Made by a program: the position numbers and the translations under genes. Below the pieces are notes generated by a model, which had not been told where the DNA came from, did not search any database, and saw nothing but the letters and a program-made list of their open reading frames with translations. A DNA stretch of 59,947 bases, the filler included. It is 8 parts of 8 records of this genome, joined end to end, with 100 filler letters (N's around TTAATTAATTAA, not from the genome) between each part and the next. Parts side by side here need not be neighbours in the genome. Positions count along the whole stretch, not along the records: positions 10,297 to 17,850 come from SRR31147125_78488; positions 17,951 to 24,698 come from SRR31147125_78520; 6 more parts are not named here. The stretch is one strand, 5' to 3'. Positions 10,297-21,458 of this stretch are shown piece by piece. Each line of letters opens with the position of its first letter. The stretch's first letter is position 1.

Positions 10297-13200
10297 TTTT
10301 TCTTTCTTCGGTAGATTCTGAAGCTGTCTCTATTTTTCCGGGACCAACTGCTGCGCCATATTCTCATATGTTATCTCAGTCAGATGTTTGGATCGATCGT
10401 TTAAAGACGCTCTATAGAATAGAGAATGAAGATGCGCCGCTGATAATTGCTCCGATTGATGCTCTTTTGAGGAAGGTTCCACCAAGAGATCTTTTTTATA
10501 AGCATGTAGAACTAGTGTCAACTGATCAGAAGCTTGACCGGGACGAGTTTTTGGAAAGACTTGTTGCTTGTGGGTATTCCAATTCACCGCTAGTGGAAGA
10601 TCAGGGAGACTTTGCTGTTCGTGGTTATCTGATAGATATCTGGTCACCTGTCTCAGATAGACCTGTTCGAATAGAGCTTGATGGTGATCTTGTTGCATCT
10701 ATTAGAAGTTTTGATCCTTCAACTCAGAGAACCTCATTTTCAGTAAATAGCATTCCGATTATTCCAGTTCGAAGTGTTATTATCGATTCAGATATTGTTA
10801 AGAAGGGTTTGGTCAATCTAAAGAAAAAAGTAGATGCCTCAGATGTCTCTGCGGTTGAAAGAAGAGAATATGCAGATTCTGTTAAGTCGGGAATATATCC
10901 TGCACATACAGAGACGCTTCTTCCAATCTTTCATCCCGATTCTGTTTTTCTTTGGGATTACCTTGAAGACGATTCAACTATAATTGTTAAAGATCCAAAA
11001 GATGTAAGTGATAGCTACTTAAAGTTTTGGAGTGAAATTCAAGATAACTATAATGAAGCAAAGCATATCGAAAAGGCTGTAATTCCGGATTCGCTCTATC
11101 TAAAAAGTGATAAGTGGAACGATGTTCTTGAAACAAAAAATCATATTTTAGTTAATCATCTAGAATTGATTTCTAAGAAAAAAATATCCTCTATAAAAGT
11201 TGATGCTGGGAATGCGGTCTCACCAGTTGGTCGTTGGGTTGATGGTAGTTCTGAAAAATCGCTAGAGATTTTTGTCAAATCGATTAATGAATGGCAGGCT
11301 GGTAGTCAAAATGTTGTAATTGTTTGTCACTCGGAGATTCAGGCAGACCGTGTTGTTGACCTTCTTCGTTGGCAGGGCCTAAGCCCAAAGCAGATGGAAG
11401 GATCTTTTAATGATTTGAAAGAGAGTCTTACGCCTCAGCTGCTTATTACAATAGGTGATCTCTCCGAAGGTTTTGCCTGGTCTGATGAAAAGTTAGTGGT
11501 TCTTACAGAGAAGGAGATTTTCGGAAAAAGAAGAAGGCGAGTCTCTCCGATTCATGCACTGCCAACTGAGGCCTTTACTTCATATCAAGAGCTAACAGAT
11601 GGCGATCTTATAGTTCACATTCTTCACGGTGTTGGAAGATATCGCGGTATGAATCAGATGACGTTCGGTGAGATGACAAACGACTTTCTGCTGGTTGAAT
11701 ATCTTGGCGGCGATAAACTTTATATTCCCGCCTATAGATTGAATCAGATTCAAAAGTATGTTGGTGCAGGTGAAGGTTCTCCAATGCTAGATAAGCTCGG
11801 GGGGACCAGGTGGCAAAAAGCTAAAGTTAAGGCGAATAGATCTGTCAGGAGGATGGCTGCAGAGCTTCTAAAGCTCTACGCTATGAGAAAGGTTAAGAAA
11901 GGCTTTGCTTTTTCCGGAAGAGACCATCTGATGGAGGAATTTGAGGGAGCTTTTCCATATGATGAGACCCCTGATCAGATGCTTGCTATAGATGACGTAT
12001 TGAAGGATATGCAGGAGGAGTTCCCATCAGATAGATTGATTTGTGGTGATGTTGGATATGGAAAGACAGAGGTTGCAATGCGTGGGGCGTATAAGGCAGT
12101 TATGGATGGAAAGCAGGTTGCGCTTCTTGTTCCAACCACAGTACTCGCTTTTCAGCATTATGAAACCCTTGTGGAACGCTTCAAGGATTCACCTGTAAAT
12201 ATTGAATATTTAAACAGATTTAAGACAGGAAAAGAGCAGGCTAAGGTCTTGGAGGATCTTAAGGCTGGTAGACTCGATGTAGTTGTCGGAACTCATAGGC
12301 TCATACAAAAAGACATCAAATTTAAAGATCTAGGCCTCCTTATAATAGATGAAGAGCATCGTTTTGGAGTGAAGCAGAAAGAGGCCATTAAGCAATTTAG
12401 GGCCACGGTTGATGTTATATCCATGAGTGCAACGCCGATACCTAGAAGCCTGCATATCTCTCTAGTTGGTGCGCGAGACATCAGTGTGATCAATACACCT
12501 CCCGCAGATAGACGTTCGATCAGAACTTATGTTGCTGAGTTTGATGAGGGATTGATTAGGGGAGCGATCTTAAAAGAGATCAATAGAGGCGGTCAGGTTT
12601 TCTTTGTTCATAACCGCGTTCAGACGATTGAATCGATGAAGGATCGACTTTCAAAGCTTGTTCCAGAGGCAAAGATCAGAGTCGGTCACGGTCAGATGAA
12701 GGAGCACGAACTTGAAAAAGTTATGGTTGGTTTCTTAAAGAAGGATTTCAATGTCTTTCTAACGACGACAATTATTGAATCTGGTTTGGATATTCCTTCT
12801 GCAAATACGATGATTATTAATAGAGCCGATACTTTTGGTTTGGCTCAGTTGTACCAGCTTCGAGGCAGAGTAGGCAGGTCAAGTCTTCAGGCCTATGCAT
12901 ATCTCTTAATCCCTGATGAGACATCGATTACGCCTCTTGCAACCAAGAGGCTTGCTGCACTCCAGAAGTATACGGAGCTTGGATCGGGTTTTCAGATTGC
13001 AATGCACGATCTTGAAATTAGGGGCTCAGGAAATATTCTTGGTGCGGAACAGTCCGGCCATATAAGCGCTATTGGTTATGAACTCTACACAGAGCTTTTG
13101 GAAAAAGAGATTAGGAAGCTTAAGGGTGAAGGTGAAGAGACAGAGATAGATACAGAGATTCAGTTTCCTCTCGAAGCATACATTCCAGCTGATTATATAG

Positions 13201-13592
13201 ATGATAATGGTACGAGAATTGTCACCTATAAGAGGATTTCATCTGTAGGTCATGATGATGACATAGAAGATCTAAATAGAGAGCTTAGAGATAGATTTGG
13301 TGAGCTTCCAGAGCCTGTTAGTAATTTATTTAAGATTATGGCTGTTAAGATTATTGCTTCACAGCTTGGAATTGAAACTATTCAAGTCTCAAAAGGTATC
13401 TTTGTCTATAAGTTTGCCGATTCAACATCTATTCCAGTGAGTAGAATGTTAGATTATGTGAAGAAGAGCAAAGATAAAGTCTCTCTAAAGCCAAGTTCAA
13501 CACTTGTAGTCAGTGAAGATGTAGCCTCCAAGAATGATATCTTTAGATTTGCAAGAAAACACCTAGAAGATTTTCAGAAACTATCGGTTTAG
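10297..13592 (+). CDS. mfd: Transcription-repair coupling factor, 5'-truncated (frame open to the contig edge)
   Basis: UvrB-like N-terminus (GDFAVRG), CarD/RID domain (HGVGRY), [33 protein letters not shown]-terminus. Confidence 0.97.
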
Positions 13593-13664
13593 TATTTAGC
13601 CTGTTTGCTACTAATGTCATATTTAGGGAAAATCTGAGCTATCAAGAAGTAACGATTGAAAAAT

Positions 13665-13738
13665 CTGTCATCCTCGGGCTTGACCCTGGGATCTCCTTCG
13701 TGTCAGCGAGATCTTCGGATCAAGTCCGAAAATGACAG
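13665..13738. repeat. Palindromic intergenic element (REP/RPE-like)
   Basis: 31-nt imperfect inverted arms CTGTCATCCTCGGGCTTGACCCTGGGATCTC / GAGATCTTCGGATCAAGTCCGAAAATGACAG, each arm internally palindromic. Confidence 0.8.
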
Positions 13739-13811
13739 GGGCTACAATGTGGTTTTGCCTGTTGTTTTTTTCTCTAAATAATCGTATTATAAAGGTTCTC
13801 AAGGGGGAGAG

Positions 13812-14990
13812 ATGGCAAGGTATAAGCCGCCTGATGACCAGAAAATTACGAGAATCGATCGTGATTCATCAAAATCGTCGGCCGTTGATAAAATCAAAAG
13901 ATATTATGACCAGCAGATTCAAAAGACACCTGTCAGACGTCCTGCGCAGAAGCCCGCTGAGAGGGGTGCTGGTGATAAGTTCCATATGAACAATCTTGTC
14001 CCAAAATTCTTAAAATCTGTTCAAAAGAGGCTCGAAAGCGGCTGGATATATAGAAGTTTTAAACTCCCAGGAACTAATTACCTTGTTAGAGATCTAAGAG
14101 ATCAAAAAGATGTTGGTCAGGAACAAGCAGACGCAAAGAGGGGGTTCGAACTTAAAGATGGCCAGCTTGCTGAGGCAAAAAAGAGGACATATGAAAATTA
14201 TCTAGGCGAGAGACAGTTTCCTCAGGCCAAGGTTTCAAAGGATGCAGCAAAACAGATTAATCGTCTCCTGTCTGAGTTTGAAAAAACATTAGTTGAACGT
14301 TTCGAGAAGGGGAAGACTCTTGAACAACAGCTTAAGGATGGAAAACCTGTCTTTAAATTGAAAAGTGATGGAGAGTGGAAGGCTTTCTTTGCAAAATTTC
14401 TCAAGCGATCTGTCTGGAAACAATCTGATATTAAACTTTTAAAGTCGTTTATATTTCGTGGTGCTCTTTCACTTAAAAAGGGTGATGGAAAATTTGCAAT
14501 GTTGATCGGTGATATGGCTATGCAAAATGGTCAAGTACAGAAGTTTACGCGTCTGAAGGTGTTATCGACGATGCTCGAAATGCTTGCAAACATGGAGCCG
14601 GGTTCAAGTCTTGAAGCAGATCAGTTGAAAGAGGGTCTTGACGCAGAGGCTTTTAGGTATCTTGCGTTGGCTTCCAAGCATAGTGAAAAGGCAATTAAGA
14701 CAGGAATGCAAACGTCTAAGGGCGTCTTTGGCGAATTGAAAACTGAAGAAGAAATTGCAGAAAAGCTAGGGCTTAGAAAGAAAAAGGGTGGAGGTAAAGG
14801 TTATGGTGGCCCTATAAAATGGGGCGAAGAAGGTGGAAGTTCTGAAGAACCTCACTCATTTGTTCCTTGGGGTTTTTGGAATAGAGATGATAGTAAAAAG
14901 CGCCCGAGCTTACTCAAGTTTATAATTATTTCTCTTCTAACTATATTAGTTCTTACAGGTATGATTGCTCTATTTTCTTCCCTTTTTTAG
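13812..14990 (+). CDS. Hypothetical Lys-rich protein with a single C-terminal TM helix
   Basis: 392-aa ORF with a strong SD (AAGGGGAG); C-terminal FIIISLLTILVLTGMIALF; no motif recognised. Confidence 0.75.
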   Translation: MARYKPPDDQKITRIDRDSSKSSAVDKIKRYYDQQIQKTPVRRPAQKPAERGAGDKFHMNNLVPKFLKSVQKRLESGWIYRSFKLPGTNYLVRDLRDQKDVGQEQADAKRGFELKDGQLAEAKKRTYENYLGERQFPQAKVSKDAAKQINRLLSEFEKTLVERFEKGKTLEQQLKDGKPVFKLKSDGEWKAFFAKFLKRSVWKQSDIKLLKSFIFRGALSLKKGDGKFAMLIGDMAMQNGQVQKFTRLKVLSTMLEMLANMEPGSSLEADQLKEGLDAEAFRYLALASKHSEKAIKTGMQTSKGVFGELKTEEEIAEKLGLRKKKGGGKGYGGPIKWGEEGGSSEEPHSFVPWGFWNRDDSKKRPSLLKFIIISLLTILVLTGMIALFSSLF

Positions 14991-16520
14991 AAGAAGTTTT
15001 GTGAATAGGGGCATTCCTTTTATCTTGTTCCAAACATTTCCAGTCATCAAGCGAGAGAGTTTCTTAAAACCATTATATAATTCTGCGGAGTAGTTGTACC
15101 ACCAGACGTCTTTAAAGAGAGTACATCTATTGATGTGGATGTGGTGAGTTGAGACCATCTCTTTTAGGCCGACTTTCCCATGAGTCCTCCCAAAACCGCT
15201 AGCTCCAACTCCTCCCCATGGTGTTTGAGGAAGGGCATGTGTATAGACGCATTCGTTTATTGCAACTGTTCCACATCTAAGTCTCTTTGCTATCAATTTA
15301 GCATTTTTAATATTCTTTGACCAAATATATGCATTTAATCCGTAGGGTGTGTCGTTGGCTAAGTGAATAACCTGTTGTTCGCTTTCGAACTCCATAATTG
15401 GCATTAGAGGACCAAAGGTTTCTTCATGAACACAACTAAATGAGTGGTCCACATTTGTTAGAATTGTTGGTTGAAAAAAGTTGCCATTTAGGGAGTCTAT
15501 TCTCTTTCCCCCGACAGGTATAGATGCTCCTCTTTTCTTTGCATCTTTGACTTGGTTCTCAACTATCTTCAATTGGTCTTCTGTTGTAAGAGGCCCCACG
15601 TCAACATCATGGTTCATTCCATTTCCAACTCTTAAACTCTTAGCTCTTTGAATCACCATGTTTGTAAATTTCAATGCAATGTCTTTGTGTGCGTAAACTC
15701 TTTCAACTGAAGCACAACATTGTCCGGCATTAGTGAAAGCTCCCCAAACTGCGGCGTTTGCGGCGTGGTTTAGGTCTGCATCCGGCATGACTATCATTGG
15801 GTCTTTTCCACCTAGTTCTAGATTGCATGGTGTTAGATTCCTAGAGCAGACGTTCATTATATGATGTCCAACATGAGTACTTCCTGTGAACAAAATTTTG
15901 TTAACATTAGATTCGATTAAGGCTTCACCAGTTCTTGATGTTCCTGGTAGATGAATAAATGTATATTCAGGAAGATCTGCGGCCCTAAAAAGCTCCTCGA
16001 TTTTTTGCCCAACAAATGCCGTTGATGATGACGGCTTTAGTAAGACACAGTTGCCAGCCATAAGAGCCATGACTGCGGAACCGACTGGAATTGAAAAAGG
16101 ATAATTCCAGGGAGATATTATGCCTACAACTCCCAAAGGTTGTGACGAAAGAGTCGATTTCCTTCCCATCAATTTCCAAATGCTAATAGGGATGTTTTCA
16201 GTCTTTAGTAATTTTTCTGCGTTGTGGGCAAAATAATATATCAAGTCAGCTATTGGATAGATCTCTGCTGTCAGGGACTCAGTTAGTGGTTTGCCATTGT
16301 CGGTTGTTATCGCTTCAGCAAAACTATCGATATTGTCGAGCAGATATTCTCTTGCCCTGAGTAGGTATTTAGCTCGGTCTGAATAGGACATCCTTGCCCA
16401 AACAGGATGTGCAGCGCGAGCCTTAGTCACAAGCTCTTTTACCTTTGATGGTTCAACAGTTTCTATTGTTGCAAATTCTTCCAGCGTTGCTGGATTGATT
16501 GATGAAATATGATTTGCCAT
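14970..16520 (-). CDS. Aldehyde dehydrogenase family protein
   Basis: IISPWNYP, FTGSTHVG, LELGGKDP, NAGQCCAS, EETFGP. Confidence 0.95.
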   Translation of the reverse strand: MANHISSINPATLEEFATIETVEPSKVKELVTKARAAHPVWARMSYSDRAKYLLRAREYLLDNIDSFAEAITTDNGKPLTESLTAEIYPIADLIYYFAHNAEKLLKTENIPISIWKLMGRKSTLSSQPLGVVGIISPWNYPFSIPVGSAVMALMAGNCVLLKPSSSTAFVGQKIEELFRAADLPEYTFIHLPGTSRTGEALIESNVNKILFTGSTHVGHHIMNVCSRNLTPCNLELGGKDPMIVMPDADLNHAANAAVWGAFTNAGQCCASVERVYAHKDIALKFTNMVIQRAKSLRVGNGMNHDVDVGPLTTEDQLKIVENQVKDAKKRGASIPVGGKRIDSLNGNFFQPTILTNVDHSFSCVHEETFGPLMPIMEFESEQQVIHLANDTPYGLNAYIWSKNIKNAKLIAKRLRCGTVAINECVYTHALPQTPWGGVGASGFGRTHGKVGLKEMVSTHHIHINRCTLFKDVWWYNYSAELYNGFKKLSRLMTGNVWNKIKGMPLFTKLLLKKGRK

Positions 16521-16537
16521 AGTATACCTGAATAGAT

Positions 16538-16885
16538 TTAGCGACTAACCATTGGTCCCAAAGGTTTACCGCCGATTAAATGAACATGAATATGAAAGAC
16601 CTCTTGGCCTGCATGTTTATTCACATTTGTAATTACTCGATAACCGCTTTGATCGACCCCAAGTTTCTTTGCTGTTTTCTTCACTGCGTCCATAAGTTCT
16701 GCGTAAACTGTAAGTTCGTCTTCGCTCATATCGTTTAGAGTAGGGTAGTGTTTTCTTGGAATGAATAGAACATGAACAGGGGCAACAGGTTTGATGTCTT
16801 TAAACGCCACCACATTTTCAGATTCATAAATGAACTCGGTTTGGATTTCTCCAGTTGCGATTTTACAAAAGATACAGTCGTCCAT
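16538..16885 (-). CDS. Histidine triad nucleotide-binding protein (HinT family)
   Basis: DCIFCKI N-terminus and GQEVFHIHVHLIGG triad. Confidence 0.95.
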   Translation of the reverse strand: MDDCIFCKIATGEIQTEFIYESENVVAFKDIKPVAPVHVLFIPRKHYPTLNDMSEDELTVYAELMDAVKKTAKKLGVDQSGYRVITNVNKHAGQEVFHIHVHLIGGKPLGPMVSR

Positions 16886-16896
16886 AATTTCTCCAA

Positions 16897-17649
16897 TTAC
16901 GGTATTAAGGTTGGTTCGTCTAACCCAACTGAACCAGTCTCTTTAGCATGAGTGATTAGTGTCGCTATGTCTGTGTTTCCGGAATACATAGATTTTCCAA
17001 TAACTGTTCCAAGAATCTTTTGAGAAGCAAGCCCTAAGACTAACTCTAGTTCATTTTTTGAATTTACGTCAGTTGCATGCATGACTGGAAGAGGAGATTG
17101 ATTAAGAAATGTACTGACTCTGGTTATGTCAGCTGGAGTTAAAATACCCTCTTCGTCGACATCAGAATAAAAAATGGTTCCCACACCGGCTTCAGTGAAT
17201 TGTTCTGCATAATCTAAGGCTGTCTTTTTTGCAGCAACGGTCCAGCCTCTAATAACAACCTTTCCACCGCGAACTTCTATGTGTACTCCAATCTTTCTTG
17301 GAAATTTGTTGCAGATATCTTTGAGAAAATCTGGTTTCTGGTATGCAATGGTTCCAGGGACAACTGTTTCAACACCAGCGCTAAAATATCTCTCTACAAC
17401 ATCTGCAGATTTGATGTGCCCCGACAGTTGTATTTTAAGATTTGTTTCATCAATAATTTGCTTGATGATGTCGATATGTTGAGGATGCCCAGCTGGCGGA
17501 GTGTTCAAGTCTACTAGGTAGATGATTTCCGCACCTGCTAGGGATAATTTTTTGGCCATTTCGACAGGATTTGAATCGTAGATAGATCCACCCTGAGCCA
17601 ATGCGACTGTTTGATTATCTCTAATGTAGAGTGATGGTATTATGTACAT
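16897..17649 (-). CDS. HisA/HisF-family TIM-barrel protein with non-canonical catalytic residues
   Basis: MYIIPSL start, IYLVDL, GTIAYQKP, VVIRGW, YSDV, IGKSMY align to HisA; the key Asp residues are substituted. Confidence 0.8.
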   Translation of the reverse strand: MYIIPSLYIRDNQTVALAQGGSIYDSNPVEMAKKLSLAGAEIIYLVDLNTPPAGHPQHIDIIKQIIDETNLKIQLSGHIKSADVVERYFSAGVETVVPGTIAYQKPDFLKDICNKFPRKIGVHIEVRGGKVVIRGWTVAAKKTALDYAEQFTEAGVGTIFYSDVDEEGILTPADITRVSTFLNQSPLPVMHATDVNSKNELELVLGLASQKILGTVIGKSMYSGNTDIATLITHAKETGSVGLDEPTLIP

Positions 17650-17672
17650 TAATTCCCCCGTTTTGAGAGTGT

Positions 17673-17701
17673 AACATACTTAAATTAAGTAGGGGAGTCA
17701 A
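17673..17701 (-). promoter_or_regulatory. Putative sigma70 promoter for the hisA-like/HIT/ALDH unit
   Basis: TTGACT-N17-TATGTT about 24 nt upstream of the ATG. Confidence 0.55.
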
Positions 17702-17850
17702 GGCTAAGGTATTATTTGTATTAAGGAATTCGATGAGGCTGTTGCTTTGTAGCTCCGAGCTTGATTTGGGATCCAATGGGTTTGATTGTTGGCTTTTGTT
17801 GTCTGATTTAATTAAAAAACACAAGATTTCGTCATTGCGAACCCTTTAGG

Positions 17851-17950
17851 NNNNNNNNNNNNNNNNNNNNNNNNNNNNNNNNNNNNNNNNNNNNTTAATT
17901 AATTAANNNNNNNNNNNNNNNNNNNNNNNNNNNNNNNNNNNNNNNNNNNN
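17851..17950. other. Artificial contig spacer
   Basis: N run with TTAATTAATTAA. Confidence 0.99.
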
Positions 17951-18128
17951 AGGGTCTGACCCAGCGATAGCGAGGTCATCGCAATGACTATCTACCCAGA
18001 AAGTTTAGGATCCAACGTGAAACTTTACAAAGTATAGATTATTTTTAGTGAAAAATCAAAAGAAAAAAATTTTCCTTCTTGACTTTAAAATCCTTTAAAA
18101 TTGCCGTCATTACCTTTTAATATCTAAG

Positions 18129-19022
18129 TCATACTTGCTCAATAATCACAATAGTATTCTTATCACTATTAAATTTCGAGATATTCATTTCACCTGGAAC
18201 CCATTGGATAAGACGCGTTCCTTCATCTGTTTGCACTATACCTTTTATTCTAAGCACAAAGTTATCAGATTTTTCTGTGATCTCTTCAATTATTTCAGTT
18301 ATTTTGCTGATAGCCATTTCACCAGAAAAATCCCTTGTATACGTAATAAATCCATTATCCAAATGACTGTGATTATGGCACGTTTCATCGTCATTCGCAT
18401 CATGATTATGCTCTGTACCACAATGAATACACTGTTGTTCTCTTTTTTTACTATTCGCTGAGCCTAAAAAATCCTGAGAAATTTTAGTTATTATTTTCGC
18501 CTTAGACATCAGAGCTAAATCAGATAAAGCATCGGTGATAATTTTCTCATCTGTATCGTCAGTTCTGCTTAAATAAATGACATCACTGTTTTCAATTTGA
18601 TTTTGATAGCACATACCTAAATTACGGCTAAAGTTAACATGAAAGAAAGGATTAACAACCACAACAGAAACACCGCAGCCTGCAATTTCTCTTAATAATT
18701 TTGTGTCTATCACACTTTGAATATCAGATAATTTTGCAATCCCAGAAGGTTCTATAACAATACGATCAAATCTTCGTAAATCAACTAGGTGCTTTATCGC
18801 CTCTATAAGACCTGATCTTATTGTACAACAAGCACATCCATTTGTCATTTCTGTAACACTTATATCATTTGGCAATAGATCAACATCAATATTGATATCG
18901 CCAAATTCATTTTCAATAATCGCAATCTTTTTATCCTTATATACAGATTGCAACATTTCATTCAATAAAGTTGTTTTACCTGCACCCAAAAATCCTGAAA
19001 TTATATCTATTGGCGTTTTCAT
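18129..19022 (-). CDS. CobW/COG0523 family metallochaperone GTPase
   Basis: GFLGAGKTT, IENEFG, GCACC (CxCC), EPSG, His-rich linker, RIKG C-domain. Confidence 0.92.
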   Translation of the reverse strand: MKTPIDIISGFLGAGKTTLLNEMLQSVYKDKKIAIIENEFGDINIDVDLLPNDISVTEMTNGCACCTIRSGLIEAIKHLVDLRRFDRIVIEPSGIAKLSDIQSVIDTKLLREIAGCGVSVVVVNPFFHVNFSRNLGMCYQNQIENSDVIYLSRTDDTDEKIITDALSDLALMSKAKIITKISQDFLGSANSKKREQQCIHCGTEHNHDANDDETCHNHSHLDNGFITYTRDFSGEMAISKITEIIEEITEKSDNFVLRIKGIVQTDEGTRLIQWVPGEMNISKFNSDKNTIVIIEQV

Positions 19023-19089
19023 AAGCTTCCATCCTCTATCTTTAACTCTAACATATTTTTTAAGTACAAGTGCTCTCTTTTTAAAAACT

Positions 19090-20109
19090 TTATTTGTCTG
19101 GTGAAACCATCACAATCTTAACAGCAGTCTCCTTATCATCTCTTGCCTTAATCATATACTCTGGTGTTTCTTCCAATTTAAATGTATGAGAAACCAATTG
19201 CTTCAAATCTATCACGCCCGATTTCACCATCTCAACACATCTTGGGAACCAAAGTGCAGGTGCTGCGTGCGATGCTCTTAGCTGGAGCTTTTTAAAATGA
19301 AAATCGTTTGCATCAAATGTAATTTTACCACCTTCACCATACTCTATACCAATAAAACCTATTGTTGCGCCAGTATTAGCTATTTTTAACGCTGAAGGTA
19401 TGGTTCTTGGCGGAGCAGTGACCATAATTTTATCAACGCCACCTCTTGGGAAATCATATTTTTCAATTCCACCTTTGTCCGCATAAATGATATCAGTTAC
19501 ACCGAGTTTCTTTGCTAATTCTATCCTTGCTTTAGATCTTGAGTTACTAACTCCATATACATTTCTAGCACCAGCATTAATAGCAAACTTCATCGCCATC
19601 AATCCAATAGGCCCTAGCCCGATCACAACCACATCATCATTTATTTCGATATCTGTTGTATAAAACAAATCAAGTGCAACTCCCATCGGCTCAATCAAGG
19701 TCGCTTCTGCAAACCCCATACCATCAAAAGGAACAAGACATTCCTTTGGTGCAACAATATATTCAGCAAAACCCATATATTCATTATCTATTATATTTGG
19801 TGCTCCATTGCACAAATCTACTCTTCCGTTTCTGCAAAGATCACATGTCCTGCAAAACGAACCGCTTTCCAGTAAGACCTTATCCCCCACCTTTGCCTCA
19901 ACTACGTTTGATCCTATTTTTTCAACAACACCACTTATCTCATGTCCAAAACTTTCAAAATTCTCTGCCTCAGTTTTAGCTGTATGCAAGTCTGTCCCAC
20001 ATATCCCACAAGCTTTTACATTTATCAGTGCTTGATTCTCGTTGATGTCAGGAATATCAACTTCTCTGATTTCAAACTCATAACCTTTTTTCACAAAAAC
20101 AACTTTCAT
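19090..20109 (-). CDS. Zinc-dependent (sugar/polyol) alcohol dehydrogenase
   Basis: CGICGTD, GHE, CRTCDLC..C structural Zn site, GLGPIG. Confidence 0.92.
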   Translation of the reverse strand: MKVVFVKKGYEFEIREVDIPDINENQALINVKACGICGTDLHTAKTEAENFESFGHEISGVVEKIGSNVVEAKVGDKVLLESGSFCRTCDLCRNGRVDLCNGAPNIIDNEYMGFAEYIVAPKECLVPFDGMGFAEATLIEPMGVALDLFYTTDIEINDDVVVIGLGPIGLMAMKFAINAGARNVYGVSNSRSKARIELAKKLGVTDIIYADKGGIEKYDFPRGGVDKIMVTAPPRTIPSALKIANTGATIGFIGIEYGEGGKITFDANDFHFKKLQLRASHAAPALWFPRCVEMVKSGVIDLKQLVSHTFKLEETPEYMIKARDDKETAVKIVMVSPDK

Positions 20110-20230
20110 ATCAATTCCTTTCTGAATTTATTCGTTATCTTCCTTTTCCATTAATGCTTCACCTGTACCAAAAAAACTTTTTCAAATTCACCCCATCACA
20201 CTACTTACTAACCCATTGTTATCTCAATTT

Positions 20231-21401
20231 TTATTTAGTTTCTTTTGCAATATCATTATATTTTTCAACAATGCGCTTAATAACTGTTTTTTCAGTATCC
20301 ATACCCCACATCTGTTTCATACAACTTTCAACACTTGTAGATTGTATCGTATTTTTAATTTTCATCGCGGCCTCATCATCAGCATTATCATAGCGCAAAC
20401 CAGCTACAACACCCTCTATAATACTATCTGATTCAACACCCTGACTTTCACAATATAACATAGCACCAACAAGCCTATCATTTACACCAAGTTTTCTAAT
20501 TGGGTCTTTTCCTACCCTAGCAACTGTGTCACCCAAAATTTCATTGCCAAATCTCTCTATTAAATCATATACATTAGCATTAATTTTTTCAATATCAATG
20601 TCGTATTGAACGTTTAATGCCTTAGCACTTTCTTTCATTGCTGCTTCCACTTGCTTCTTTATTTCATCATCGGCAATGCATTCATGTATATATTTATATC
20701 CTTTTTTCCAGCCAAGATAAGCGCACATCGCATGCCCCATATTGTGGATAAACAACTTTCTTTTTAATATAAAAACCAAACGGTGAAAAAGGCACTATAT
20801 TATTCAACTTAGGAATATCTCCGACAAATCCATCCTTATCTAATGGCAATTCATCATATGGTTCTACCCAACTCTTTAGGATATTCCCCTCTTTCATTTC
20901 TTCCGTCATAACAGGAACCATTCTACCAATAGAGGCTTCAACTAATCCCAGATTTTCATCCAACCAACTCTTATAATCGTTTCCCATTTCTTTCTCAATT
21001 AAATCCCGTAAATACTTATCCGCATCCAAAAGATTCTCACAAATAATGATATTTAACGGTCTATTATTTTGCTCGATTCTTTTTTTTATACCAGCACATA
21101 TTGGCTTTACAATACGCCCAAGCACATTAACACCAACAGCTGTTGCCATTATATCGGCATTACAGATTTCATCAGCTACTTTTTCTATATCCATACCATT
21201 AACAGCATAAACATTTTTAACAATAACCTCTTTTTGGTAAGCATTACAAACAATCTTTACTGGATATTGCTTTTCTGAATTTAGTTTTTGAACAACGTCT
21301 TTTGCTACGTCAACAAAGCAAACCTCATAGCCAGATTCACTAAACACTTTACCAATAAAACCTCTACCGATATTTCCAGCACCATACATAACTGCTTTCA
21401 T
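20231..21401 (-). CDS. Mannitol-1-phosphate 5-dehydrogenase-like protein; split by a frameshift near 20760
   Basis: YGAGNIGRGFIG, ATAVG, IICEN, RKLFIHNMGHA, RVGKDPIRKL; one extra A in ATTAAAAAGAAAG. Confidence 0.88.
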
Positions 21402-21458
21402 AATCTCTCCTTAAAAAAGTCACAGGAGCTATGCTCCTATGACTTTTATACACACTTA

